Shown here one piece after another: positions 37,601 through 49,919 of a stretch of DNA of 64,000 nt. The first letter of the stretch is position 1, and each line of letters starts with the position of its first letter. A program made the translations under genes and the position numbers. The stretch comes from Octopus bimaculoides (lineage: Eukaryota), in the NCBI RefSeq assembly GCF_001194135.2, contig NC_068988.1, forward strand, positions 13,390,581-13,454,580, given 5' to 3'. Under the pieces are notes generated by a model. The model worked only from the letters and a program-made list of their open reading frames with translations, made no database searches and was not told where the DNA came from.

Positions 37601-40600
37601 ATTAGAAAAGCTACATATCTGTTAGAGTGGTAGAATGACTACAGATTATATGTTAGTAGAAGCTAGCAGCTCTTAACTAGGATTATCAACTTCAGAGTCT
37701 TGATGACAATAACTGTGCAATCACCAAGTAGGAATTAACAAAGCCATACAATGAAAGAAACTGCATGATAAACAGCAGTTAAGTTAGTGTTAACACATTT
37801 GCCACTGGGAGCATTATAAAAAATAATTATGAGATGACAAAAATTACTCAAGAGATAAATTTGCTTTAATTTGGCAAGTATGGGAGAATGCATATTTCAG
37901 TATTATCCTGGCCTCATCAGCAAAGAATAAGCTTCCATATTCCATATTTTGTACATTATTTACTTAAATATTATTGCTTTACTACTTCAGTAAGAATGGT
38001 AAAGTTCATGCTTTAATAATCAGGTCACAATAATTCCAAAATATGTCCAGAGTTGTCCCTCATTTGTTATTTAAAGCATTATTACTTTTGGTGTCAGTAC
38101 ACAATTATTTCAAATTAGTTATTTAAAAATGCTCCCAGCATTAAACATGTTAATACTAACTTAACCTAATAATAAAGATCTTGACTATCAAATGGTATTT
38201 AGAGAATCTCAACAGCCATTTTGTTATGGTACAAAACCAAAGTGGGGAAAAAAATGAATTTAGGAGAGTGTTCATCATTACGAAGCTGTTTTTGGAATAT
38301 AAATTAGCATGAATTTTTAATGTAAGGTTTTAATTTAGATCTTAAAATAGTAAGGCAGCCTCAGGTATGTTGGTATTAAATGAGTTTAAAGGGGACACAA
38401 CTACCAGGTCTTCATCAACAGCACCAAGAAGCAGCCATCCACTAAATTCTAATCACAAGATATTGCTCAAACTGAAGTTTTGACAGAAGACATTTGTCCG
38501 AAGTTCAATATAGTGAGATCGAACCCAGAACCTTTTGATAGTGAAGTAAACTTTGTAAACCACATAGCCACACCTGCTTCCATTATCTATCTATATAACA
38601 AAGCCAAAACCTGCATCTTCAATGCCAGAAATTACTTCATATCTGAGCAGCTGCTGACTCTATAGAATGCACAAGTGCAGCCAACGCTAGAGTGCTGTCT
38701 CATGCCTGGGAAGGAACAGCTGCTACATGCATAAACATTGTAGATAACACAAAAAGGAAAAAAATGCCACCCAACTGAATGACAGGCATTCATTCGCATA
38801 TTACAACCACTTGCACACCAAAGCACTCAAAACACCCCCCACTGTCTCTTCTTCATCTATCATTACTACAATGGTTTCTCCAATTTTCTGAACTAGCTGG
38901 CTGTGTGCATCAGCACCACTGAAGCTCACTCTGTTTTTCAACCATTTCTTCTTTTTGTCATTTGTAACTGTGTCTCTCCACAAAACCTTGCACACATTTT
39001 CTAATGGGCATCAGTCTAACTTCAACCATACCAGTGTGACATGGCATAGAAAAGTTATGACTACTCTCTTTACTTCTATGAACAAAAATGCAATATACCA
39101 AAACCCACATTCACATATACTATATATATATACACATGATGGGGTGTCTAAAATTTCCTGGCTTTGAGTAAAAGAAAATACAAGAGGATCAGTTAATTAT
39201 GATTTTATTCAACATATTCCTCTTTCAGATTCACACACATATTGCAGCAATCCTTCAGTTTTCTAAGCCCTGTAAAAAAAACTAGGATGGTTGGGCCTCC
39301 AACAAGGTTTTTTTGTGATACCTTTAAAGCCAAGAACTTTTCAGTACCTCCTCGTATATATATATCTCACAGCAGCAGCAGTGTTTTAATGTCCTCTTTT
39401 CTATGCTTGCATGAGTTGGATAGTAGTTTCTGAAATGGATTTTCTTTGGTTGGATGCTCTTCCTGTGACCAACTCTCACCTGTTTCCAAGTAAGGTTATA
39501 TTTCCCATGACCAGACATGATTTGATGGAAGATTGAAAATGAATATTCCCCCAATTGCATGAGAGTGACACCTATTTACAACATCGCATAATGTCAAGGC
39601 AAGGAGACAGTAGTGTGCGTGAGCACACACACACACATATATATTCACATACATATATACATATATATATATACTACAGGCTTCTTTCAGTTTCCATCCA
39701 CTAAATCTACTCACAAGGCTTTGATTGACTTGAGGTTATAGTAGAAGACATTTGCCCAAGATGCCACACATTGGGTCTAAAGCCATAACTATGTGGTTGG
39801 GAAGCAAACGTCTTAACACAGCCATAGATAGACAGACAGATAGACAAATAGTAGTGGGGGTGGGTGCGCTGAAAGTGTAGCTGCTAGAATAAGAATAGCC
39901 TGGGCAAAGTTTAGAGAGCTCTTACCCCTGCTGGCGACAAAGGGACTCTCACTCAGAGTAAAAGGCAGACTGTATGACGCATGCGTACGAACAGCCATGC
40001 TACANNNNNNNNNNNNNNNNNNNNNNNNNNNNNNNNNNNNNNNNNNNNNNNNNNNNNNNNNNNNNNNNNNNNNNNNNNNNNNNNNNNNNNNNNNNNNNNN
40101 NNNNNNNNNNNNNNNNNNNNNNNNNNNNNNNNNNNNNNNNNNNNNNNNNNNNNNNNNNNNNNNNNNNNNNNNNNNNNNNNNNNNNNNNNNNNNNNNNNNN
40201 NNNNNNNNNNNNNNNNNNNNNNNNNNNNNNNNNNNNNNNNNNNNNNNNNNNNNNNNNNNNNNNNNNNNNNNNNNNNNNNNNNNNNNNNNNNNNNNNNNNN
40301 NNNNNNNNNNNNNNNNNNNNNNNNNNNNNNNNNNNNNNNNNNNNNNNNNNNNNNNNNNNNNNNNNNNNNNNNNNNNNNNNNNNNNNNNNNNNNNNNNNNN
40401 NNNNNNNNNNNNNNNNNNNNNNNNNNNNNNNNNNNNNNNNNNNNNNNNNNNNNNNNNNNNNNNNNNNNNNNNNNNNNNNNNNNNNNNNNNNNNNNNNNNN
40501 NNNNNNNNNNNNNNNNNNNNNNNNNNNNNNNNNNNNNNNNNNNNNNNNNNNNNNNNNNNNNNNNNNNNNNNNNNNNNNNNNNNNNNNNNNNNNNNNNNNN

Positions 40601-40779
40601 NNNNNNNNNNNNNNNNNNNNNNNNNNNNNNNNNNNNNNNNNNNNNNNNNNNNNNNTGTAGAAACTCTGCCAAATTAGACTGGAGCCTGGTGTTGCCATCC
40701 GGTTTCACCAGTCCTCAGTCAAATCGTCCAACCCATGCTAGCATGGAAAGCGGACGTTAAACGATGATGATGATGATGA

Positions 40780-40821
<42 letters not shown>

Positions 40822-43800
40822 GACTATGGAAGCATTACTAATAGCAGAATACAAGCCTAAATCAAACACACAGATACATTAAATGTAAAAAATATATAAT
40901 TTCATGAAATCTACAAGGATTTATCATTATATACTTTGAAATCCAGAGTTGAGGGTTTTATCAGTTTTAAAATTACTCCCAAGACTCTCTGTGCCTTACT
41001 GCATTAACCAGGAAACTTGAAGCCAGTCGAAGCGCATAACTTACATATCTGAAACAAAAAAAGAAGCTACAAGAGGCATTATTTGTGGTCTACTTACTTA
41101 TCATCCTCATCTATGTCATTCATTTTGGTGACTGAATAAGAAACTGATGGCTCTAAACTGACATGGTCCATGAATATTGGACCTGGGGTAATATTCTGGA
41201 TCTGTGCTTCTAAGTAAACTTCATCTGACTGTAAAAAAAAAAAAAAAAAAGACAAATACAAAAAAAAATTATTTGAATAAGATTTTGATTAGATAACAAA
41301 TAAAAACATAAAGGAAAAGACAATATTGACAGTAAAGATAAAGAATGTAAAATGAGAATTTCATTTTAATTATCTGTTTAATTATCTGTTTAGAGAGCTG
41401 GCAGAATCGTTAGCACACCGGCTGAAATGCTTAGTGGTATTTCACTGCTGTTATGTTCTGAGTTCAAATTCTGCCGAGGTTGGCTATGCCTTTCATCCTT
41501 TTGGGGTCTATTAAATAAGTACCAGTTATGCACCAGGGTCGATGTAATTGACTTAATCCCGTTTTCTGTCCTTGTTTGTCCCCTCTATGTTTAGTCCCCT
41601 GTAGGCAATAAAGAACTAAGAGAGAATTTCTGCAGAAAACTGTCTTCTTAAAATTTAAAGGATTTTCAACAGATCACTTGTGGTGTGTGCATGTAAAATA
41701 ATAGAAACAATATTATTGTTTGCCATTCTAATTTAGCAAAGTATAAATTTTTACAAAAATAATTTCAACAGACATACAGTGTGAATATAGATTGATTTGA
41801 TTTATGTGTGTTCCTCCTATCAACCAGATCAAATGTTCAAACAGATCAATGCTACCTTCACAATAGTAAGGTTTGATTTTCATTTAATATTATAATCACT
41901 GTCCATGTGCTTCTGTGTAATTAGCAATAGTAAAATTATTACTTTATAGCACATTTTTTATTGGTCAGTGCCAACATTCACACACTAGGGAGTGTTGCAC
42001 AGCTGGAGTGAGCAGAAGGTAAAATAATTAATGAACTTAACTATCCAACATTTTTTCTCTCCAGACTCCACAGCTAACTCTAAAGAACTGCCAGTAGCCA
42101 ATGGCTTTGTGTTGTAAGATAATCCAGTTACTAACATATAGAAATATATAGTAAACAATTGTAAACATTATCCTTAATATTCTTTCCTTATCTAGCAGCA
42201 AAATGGGAGAGTTACAGATTTATTATATCTTGTTTCACTTTCAATTAAACAACAGGTGATATAATGAAGAGTTACAATGGCCAATGTTCTGGTTATTTTT
42301 GTGAAAAGTCATGGTTCATTTGCTTGATTGTTTTTTTATTTGTTGTTTGAGAATGGAAAGCTTCATTAAAGATAATTTTTCTTTATTCATAGAGTGAAAT
42401 AACATGGGTAAAAACCAGTTGTGTATTATTGTTCAGTCTGAATAACACTCCAGCCAAACTGCAGCACTGTGTTCCGAATAAGGCCCTGATAATTCACCTG
42501 CCTCTAATATCTGACAATATCACAAAAAAAAAGAAAATAAATGAGAGAGAGGAGAGAGATTTTGTTGATGGATTTCAGCAAATGGTTAGATGGTTCACAG
42601 TGATTGGATGAAGATATAGGGCAGGGGGAACTTCAATATAAACACTCAGCTAAGGTTTGCTCCACTTCCTGATAGAAACTGTATTGATCCGATATAACCA
42701 TTTCTGATATGCTAACACTCATATTTTATGGCTATGCACTAGGTTGGGCTTCTTTCAGAGTGGAGGCATTAAAAAATAGGAAGGAAAAGACGAAAATGTA
42801 AAAAACCCATCAAAACAAATTAAAGCAACAGCAACAAAAAAACAAAGAAAAAAAGCACCATTGTTTATATGAAAGTGAAACAAGATATAATAAATCTGTA
42901 ACTCTCCCATTTTGCTGCTAGATAAGGAAAGAATATTAAGGATAATGTTTACAATTGTTTACTATATATTTCTATATGTTAGTAACTGGATTATCTTACA
43001 ACACAAAGCCATTGGCTACTGGCAGTTCTTTAGAGTTAGCTGTGGAGTCTGGAGAGAAAAAATGTTGGATAGTTAAATTCATTAATTATTTTACCTTCTG
43101 CTCACTCCAGCTGTGCAACACTCCTTAGTGTGTGAATGTTGGCACTGACAGAAACAAAAAATTACAAAAATATAGAAGGAAGAACTGAAACTATTATTAT
43201 TATTATTGTTGTTGTTGTTGTAATGAGAATGAAGTTGATGATGACAGGCATGTGTGATATATTTTCTGATTATATATATATATATATTTTCAAGTAAATG
43301 GAATCTGTTTTCCCTCTTAGATTGAATAACCATCCCTTATGAAGTCATTGCTCTTGGTAAATGTCATAAAAGTGTTAAGATTTTATAGCCTGTATAGATT
43401 ATAGGAGTTATTATAACTTGCTATTACTTTTTCTTTTCTTCAGAATCTATGATAGTTATGTTTAAAGCAGAGAGAAAATGCAGTAAAAAAAAATGACTTT
43501 AACACCTGGAGCACGTACAAGATGTAATTATGTATAAATAACTAGAATGGGACCTAACATTGTTTACTGGAAAGTGCGAAAAAGGGGAACTTATATGTGT
43601 GTGTTTGTGTGTGCGTGTGTATGTTATCTCCTACAGAGACATGACAGGCAGACACATATTCTTTGAGAGATACAAGAAATCTAAATTAGTGAAGGCATAT
43701 GTTCCAAGAGATCAACATTAGTGTATACAAAAGAAGTATGGAAAGAGGTGTTGATTTCAATAAAAATAATAGTTGATGGAGCAGAAGAGGAGCAGGGTAG

Positions 43801-46800
43801 AGGTGGGGATGAGTTTCAAGCAAATGAGAGACAATCACACTTTTGATTACAATCCAAAACTGATGTTGCCGCCAACCATACACTCACTATTTTTACATTA
43901 GGAAAAACTGCACATAAAAGTCCTTTAACACCTTTGTAGTTAACTGTTTCCTATGCCATCAAATATTTACTCTTTCAAGGCCCTAGTAATACTATGTATC
44001 ATTATTAAAACTATATGAAACTTTTATCGCAAGACTGCAACTTTAAAAGTGCACACTAATTCTACCTTTATTCATTTAGCAGAATTCAATTCTGCAGATG
44101 TCTGAACAAGCCCTAGATTTAGTTCGATATTTTATTAGTCAAATCTGGTTTAAAAACGTTCCTTCCCAACCATATAGTTTCAAATTCAGTCTCATTGCAT
44201 GTGGTGCCTTTGGCAAGTGTCTTTTACTATAGTTCTGGGTCAACAAAAACCTTGTGAGTGGATTTGGTAGATGGAAAATGAAAGAAACTTGTGTCCCTTT
44301 TGTCTTGACATTATATGTACTCTCAGAATAACACAAAGGAATAGAAGAACATTTAATCAAAACTTGGTAATGGCTTTAAATGGTAATTCCACACACACAC
44401 ATACACCACAGGCATCTTCAGGGTTTCTATCAACCAATTTTATTCACAAGTTATCAGTTAACCTGAAGTTATAGTAGAAGACACTTGCCCAAGGTGCCAT
44501 GCAGTATGACAGAGCTCCAAACCACATCACTCCGTAACCATATAACCATGCCAGAACCAAATAATAGTTAGAAAGAGCCAACAAGAAGTAATCGTTCCAA
44601 TGAATGTGTTTTATTTTCTTGAAATTTTATACTTGAATCAGAACAATTTGTTTGAAAACAAGAACACAACTTATCACAAGATATGTTAATCAAGGCTTCC
44701 TTTTCTGATTCTGGTGTCATGTAGATATTTTGAATTTATTTAAAAGATATAGAGTTGAAACACCATTAACCCTCTTGATATCAAATGCCTGAGATCACTC
44801 CTGGTTCTATAACACTTTTCCTGTTCTAAATTAAAATCTTCCATCAAAATTTCCAGTTAATTTATGTTGCAAACATCAGCTTAATAAGAACAAAGCTATT
44901 TTACTGACTTCTTCATTATTTTCAGAATTAGTTGAAACAAATCTATTGTATTTCAATAGAAATATGATAACAAAAAGGTTAATATATGTAATCATTATTG
45001 AAGACAGACCTGTTGTGTTTGTGGTAATTTATCCAGGTTTCAAATTTACAAAAATTGATATTAAGATATTATCGTAAACAGAAAAAAAAAAAAAAAATTA
45101 TAGTTCAAAGTCACAAATAAAAATATCAAAACCTTTTCAATATCAGATATCAGATATTCCATTCCATTTGATAAAAATGAATAGATCCAAGCTTATTAAC
45201 AACAAAGTGAATAAAGGTATTCTAAAAATTATTCTAAGTAAAGCTATGTAAGCAGATAAATAAACAAACAAAAATTTACAGTATTTTCAAGAGAACTAGA
45301 ATACAAATAATCTAGTTTTAACTGAGTCTTGATTATTTTTTGTTTAATGAAACAATGTCTTCTCGAGAAAATGCATCTTGTGAAACATTGAATTAAGCAA
45401 AAGACTTTCAAATTAAATAACTATGAAGCAGTTCTGGAAATATACTTTTCTCCTTGATGCATGTAACTATTATTTGAGAAACGAGGTTTGTGGGATAGCA
45501 TGGATTGTTAGTATATTTGCTATTGATCTTGGTGAAAGGCAATGTTGATGTTGAGTGAGGCAAAAACGAATGATGTGCAATGTTAGAACTGCCACGGTTG
45601 AAGTAGGAACATCATTTGAGAAACAATCCATCAACGATATTAAGATGGAAAAATGAACAAAGAACAAAGGTCTAATTGAACATTGTGTTCAGAAAACTCT
45701 AGATAATGGAGATTCTGTTTTTGTTTTCTTTACAACACATTTAAGAATAAATTGAAAAACAAAAACAAACGAGTAAAAAAAATAAATAAATAAAAGATTC
45801 TTTCGAATGACTTTAATCTTTATTGAGTTAGATATTACATTATTATCAATTCTACATTGTATTGAAGCCATTTAATCAATCAAATGAAACTCAAAGTAAA
45901 GGTGGTGGCAAAGATGATGATGATGATGACGATGATGACGACAACACTGATGATGATGACAACAACGAGGATGATGATGGTGGTGGTGGTGGTGGTGGTG
46001 GTAACGCTACAGCTGCCACAACCACTGCCAACACCACACCACCGCTATTATCATTAGCATTATTGTTTTTATGTCCTCAAAAGTAATAATAATTATGTTT
46101 TATTATTTGTAAATTAGTAATTAAAACATTCTAATATTCCAAGGAATTTTCAAATAATTCTATGTTAGTTTGCACAGTTTTATCTATTTGATATAGCAAT
46201 CTGTGAGCTGCAGCATCACAGGTTACTGGTTTCCAATGAGTCAATAACTGGTGTATGGCATTCTTAACAACGAGAGTAACAAAGAAAATCTGTGTCTCAG
46301 CAAAAAAAGAAACATTGCTTGGCTGTTGACTAATTTGTTGGGTTACTAGTCCCTAAGATTACAATGTTTAACCCTTTAGCATTTAAACTGGCCATATCCT
46401 GCCCAAATACTCCACCTGTTTTTATGTTCAAACCATCCAGATTTTGCCTCTCACACTTACCTTACAATGTCATTCTAAGAATAAAACAATTTCATCATCG
46501 AAATCTCAAAGCTATGAGATAACATAAATAATTCAAAACAATGTGAATAAATAAGCAGAAGATTTGACACAGAAATCTGAATGCTAAAGGGTTAAATTGA
46601 TCCAAAACATTTTGGTCTACCTTTTATTTAACTGTTTGACATTCAAATTACTCTGCCAAATGTAATGTTTATTTTTTTCACATTGTTTTGAATTAATCAT
46701 ATACCATCTCATAGCTTCCAGATTTTGATGATGTGATTGTTTATTTTTAGAATGACATTGTAGGGAAGGTGTGAGAGGCCAGATCTTTCTGATTTGAACA

Positions 46801-49616
46801 TGAAACAAGTAGTAAATTTGGGTCAGATATGGTCAGTTTAAGTGCTAAAAGGTTAAGGCACATTAAATAAGTTATGCGGTCTACCATATGGAAATCGGAA
46901 CTATTCACACTAAACTACCTGCATCAGTTGTTAGCTGCCGGGCCATTGCATCCTTTAAAACCTCCATGCTTCCTGAAATTCGCCAACACTACATCTGAAA
47001 TCCTCACCTCCATATGCATGCACACATGTATATCATGGCTCTTACACTGTTCGCTTTCCTGACTTTTGAACATAATTCTATGTACTGTACATACACCTTT
47101 GATGAGTTGTAGTGCATCTGAACACTATACACAATAATTTCATCATTATTATTATTATTATTATTATTATTTCAAGTTAGAAGTTTTTGTAAGTAAAAAA
47201 AGGAAGGATCCAACAAGAAAACATTTATTTTAGACTATGCATGTATGGAGAGAGAAAGGTGAGCGTGTGTGTGTGTGTGTGTGTGTGCGTGTATACACGT
47301 ACATATATACATACAACACATGTATATGTTCTGAATTCAAGTTATTCCACTATGTGCACTTTGGGTACACACCTTCTACTAGAGGTTTTGGGAGTAAAAT
47401 TGGGTTGGTGGAAACCATATGGAAATCTACAAGATGACTATTTATAATTCAAAGGTTTGGCTTTGTCATAGACTGATTCTACCTACAGGTTACGTTAAAT
47501 AGTCTAAGTGTTTATGGAATAGCCAGCCACTAATATTGTAATACAACTGATGAGGAGTTTTATTGTTCAAACAACTGCAATACTTATTGTTGAGATTACT
47601 GAGAGGGCCATTTACTTGTGCATTCACATGCATGTTTCCACATGTGAAGCAACATAATAAGAAAACTGAATAAGATTGAATTGGAATATACTGTTCAGAA
47701 ATCCGATATTTAATCAATTAAGCTATGTTAAGATTCCTGATATGGAGAACTTTACCAATGCATGATAACAAGCAGATTTGAATACACAAGTGAAAAATTA
47801 TACTCCTTTTATCTTTATCCCCGATCCTGTAATATTAATGGAATGTTGCTAATTATCCCAGATCACACAGGAAGCATTCATAATACCAGTGTAAAAGAGC
47901 AGATGCTATACTTTAATTTGCCATGGCAAGATTAGGTTTGCAGCCATTTCCTCAATGGAAACCAGGCTATAATATGTAAAAGTCTGACATTTTTATATAC
48001 AGCCTCCAAGTATAATTATAGACATGCCAATATTGATTTCAGTGATATGTTTTGGTTACAATTAAGAAAATATTATTCTAATGTAGACTACACAGCAGGC
48101 CCTGTTGACCGTATAATTTCAATTAATGATAATAATTGCTGAGAAAATATAGGTATAGGATCTAGTTAATGGTTGTAGGATTAAATTACTAGATGGATAA
48201 GAAAAAAAAAAAATCTCCAAGAAACAAAACAAACAAAAAAACCTAACAAACAATAATCCCAAATGATATCAATAAAAAACTAGATCCTCAACTTTATTTG
48301 TTAACCACACAAGTCTAATGGTTATTGACCCAATGTTATGTAAATCAAGTAGTTGTGGCATAGTTCACAGAACTGGTCAGCCTGGACAACTGACTACAGA
48401 TTAAACGTATAATGTGAATTGACCATAGCAATTACTAATAAATAGTTAATTAGCTTACTTCAAATTGATTACTTATTGAACAACATTAAGGCCATCATTG
48501 ATTTATGTACTTCGATAGAGTTATTTCCAATAGCCTTACTTAAATGCTTTCTAAATTCTCAACTCTTAAGTCTAAGTTGTAAAGAAACAAATTGATTACC
48601 TATAATAACATTAAAAATACAATAACAAACAAGCCAAAAAAGTCAATCCTTCCACGTGGCTGGCATTTCATTGCAGTTTCTGTATTATTTAGTGGACAAA
48701 AGATGAATCTTCCTCTGTATAAAACATTAGCCCATTGTACATAATCTCATCAGAATAAAGTGAGTGTGTTACAACTAGAGGCAATTTAATGCTTGATTGG
48801 TTATATTCTAGAAGAAAGAGTATAACAACCTAAAAGAAATCTAATGCTTGATGTATTGTAGGTAACCTCGCTAGAATAAAATATACTGCAACCTAGAGAG
48901 AAGTGATCTATTGTAGGTAAGAATTTCTCTACAATAAAGTGTATTACAGCCTAGAAGCAATTTAACACTTGATCCATTATAGGTAACATTGCCAGAATAA
49001 AGATTGCTACAAACTAGAGGCAATTTAATGCCTGACACGAAATCACAAATGAGCTGGCAGTCCATTCCTTTAACAACTTAGTTATTTCACCTGTAATTCA
49101 AAAACAATGAAATTAAGAACCAACCATTCAAAAATTTCTTCTATAGTAACTCTGGAAGATAAATAAAATACATGGGGGTTTCTCTAGAAGAAAGAAGCAA
49201 TCTGAATTGGCAAGACAAAATATGAGTTAATCACCAGTCAAACATAAGAACAGCTGCTGAAAGTTATCGATCTCTTCCTGTCCTAATTATAAAACTGTGT
49301 GGGTTCTAAAACAGACTCTGAAACACACAATTCTCTTCGAAGCATCTTAATGTCTTCACTGAAAAATTTTCAAATATAACCAAATTGGATGGATATCTTA
49401 AAAAGAATAAAAACCTAAAAATGTTGCTTAGAGTTTGATCATGTGTGTTTTAAGTATCCTTTGATAATCTTTTTTTTTTTAACAAAATACTACTTAATAA
49501 TCAGGATGGTATATGTGTGTGTGTGTGTGTGTATGTAAAGTAAAATTTGTTAAATAATAGTTTCAAAGTAATACATCTCAGAGTTGAATTATGGAAAATG
49601 TATAATTCATCTAACT

Positions 49617-49648
<32 letters not shown>

Positions 49649-49876
49649 CAAATGGTTAAGAAGTTCACTTTGCAGTCATATGGTCCTGGGTCCAATCCAT
49701 TTGCATGGCATTTTGAGTAGATGCCACTTTTTCTAGTGTTGGGTAGACCCATACCTTGTAAATAAAATTGGAGTGACAGAAACTGGATAGAAGACCATTG
49801 TGTAGAGTGCAACTCTAATTTAAAAGGTATAGCCATGTCAGATTTTATGTCATGCTTTTTACACCTAATAATTATG

Positions 49877-49919
<43 letters not shown>

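Noticed and set aside
38590-38995. Short minus-strand ORFs between TRAPPC13 exons
   Set aside because: Stop-ridden frames resemble a decayed LINE tail (QLLRYE.. motif), and no TRAPPC13 residues are missing at this junction.
45862-46086. Poly-Asp/Gly/Thr ORF
   Set aside because: It is the translation of (GAT)n, (GGT)n and (CAC)n microsatellites, antisense within an intron, with no splice or homology support.
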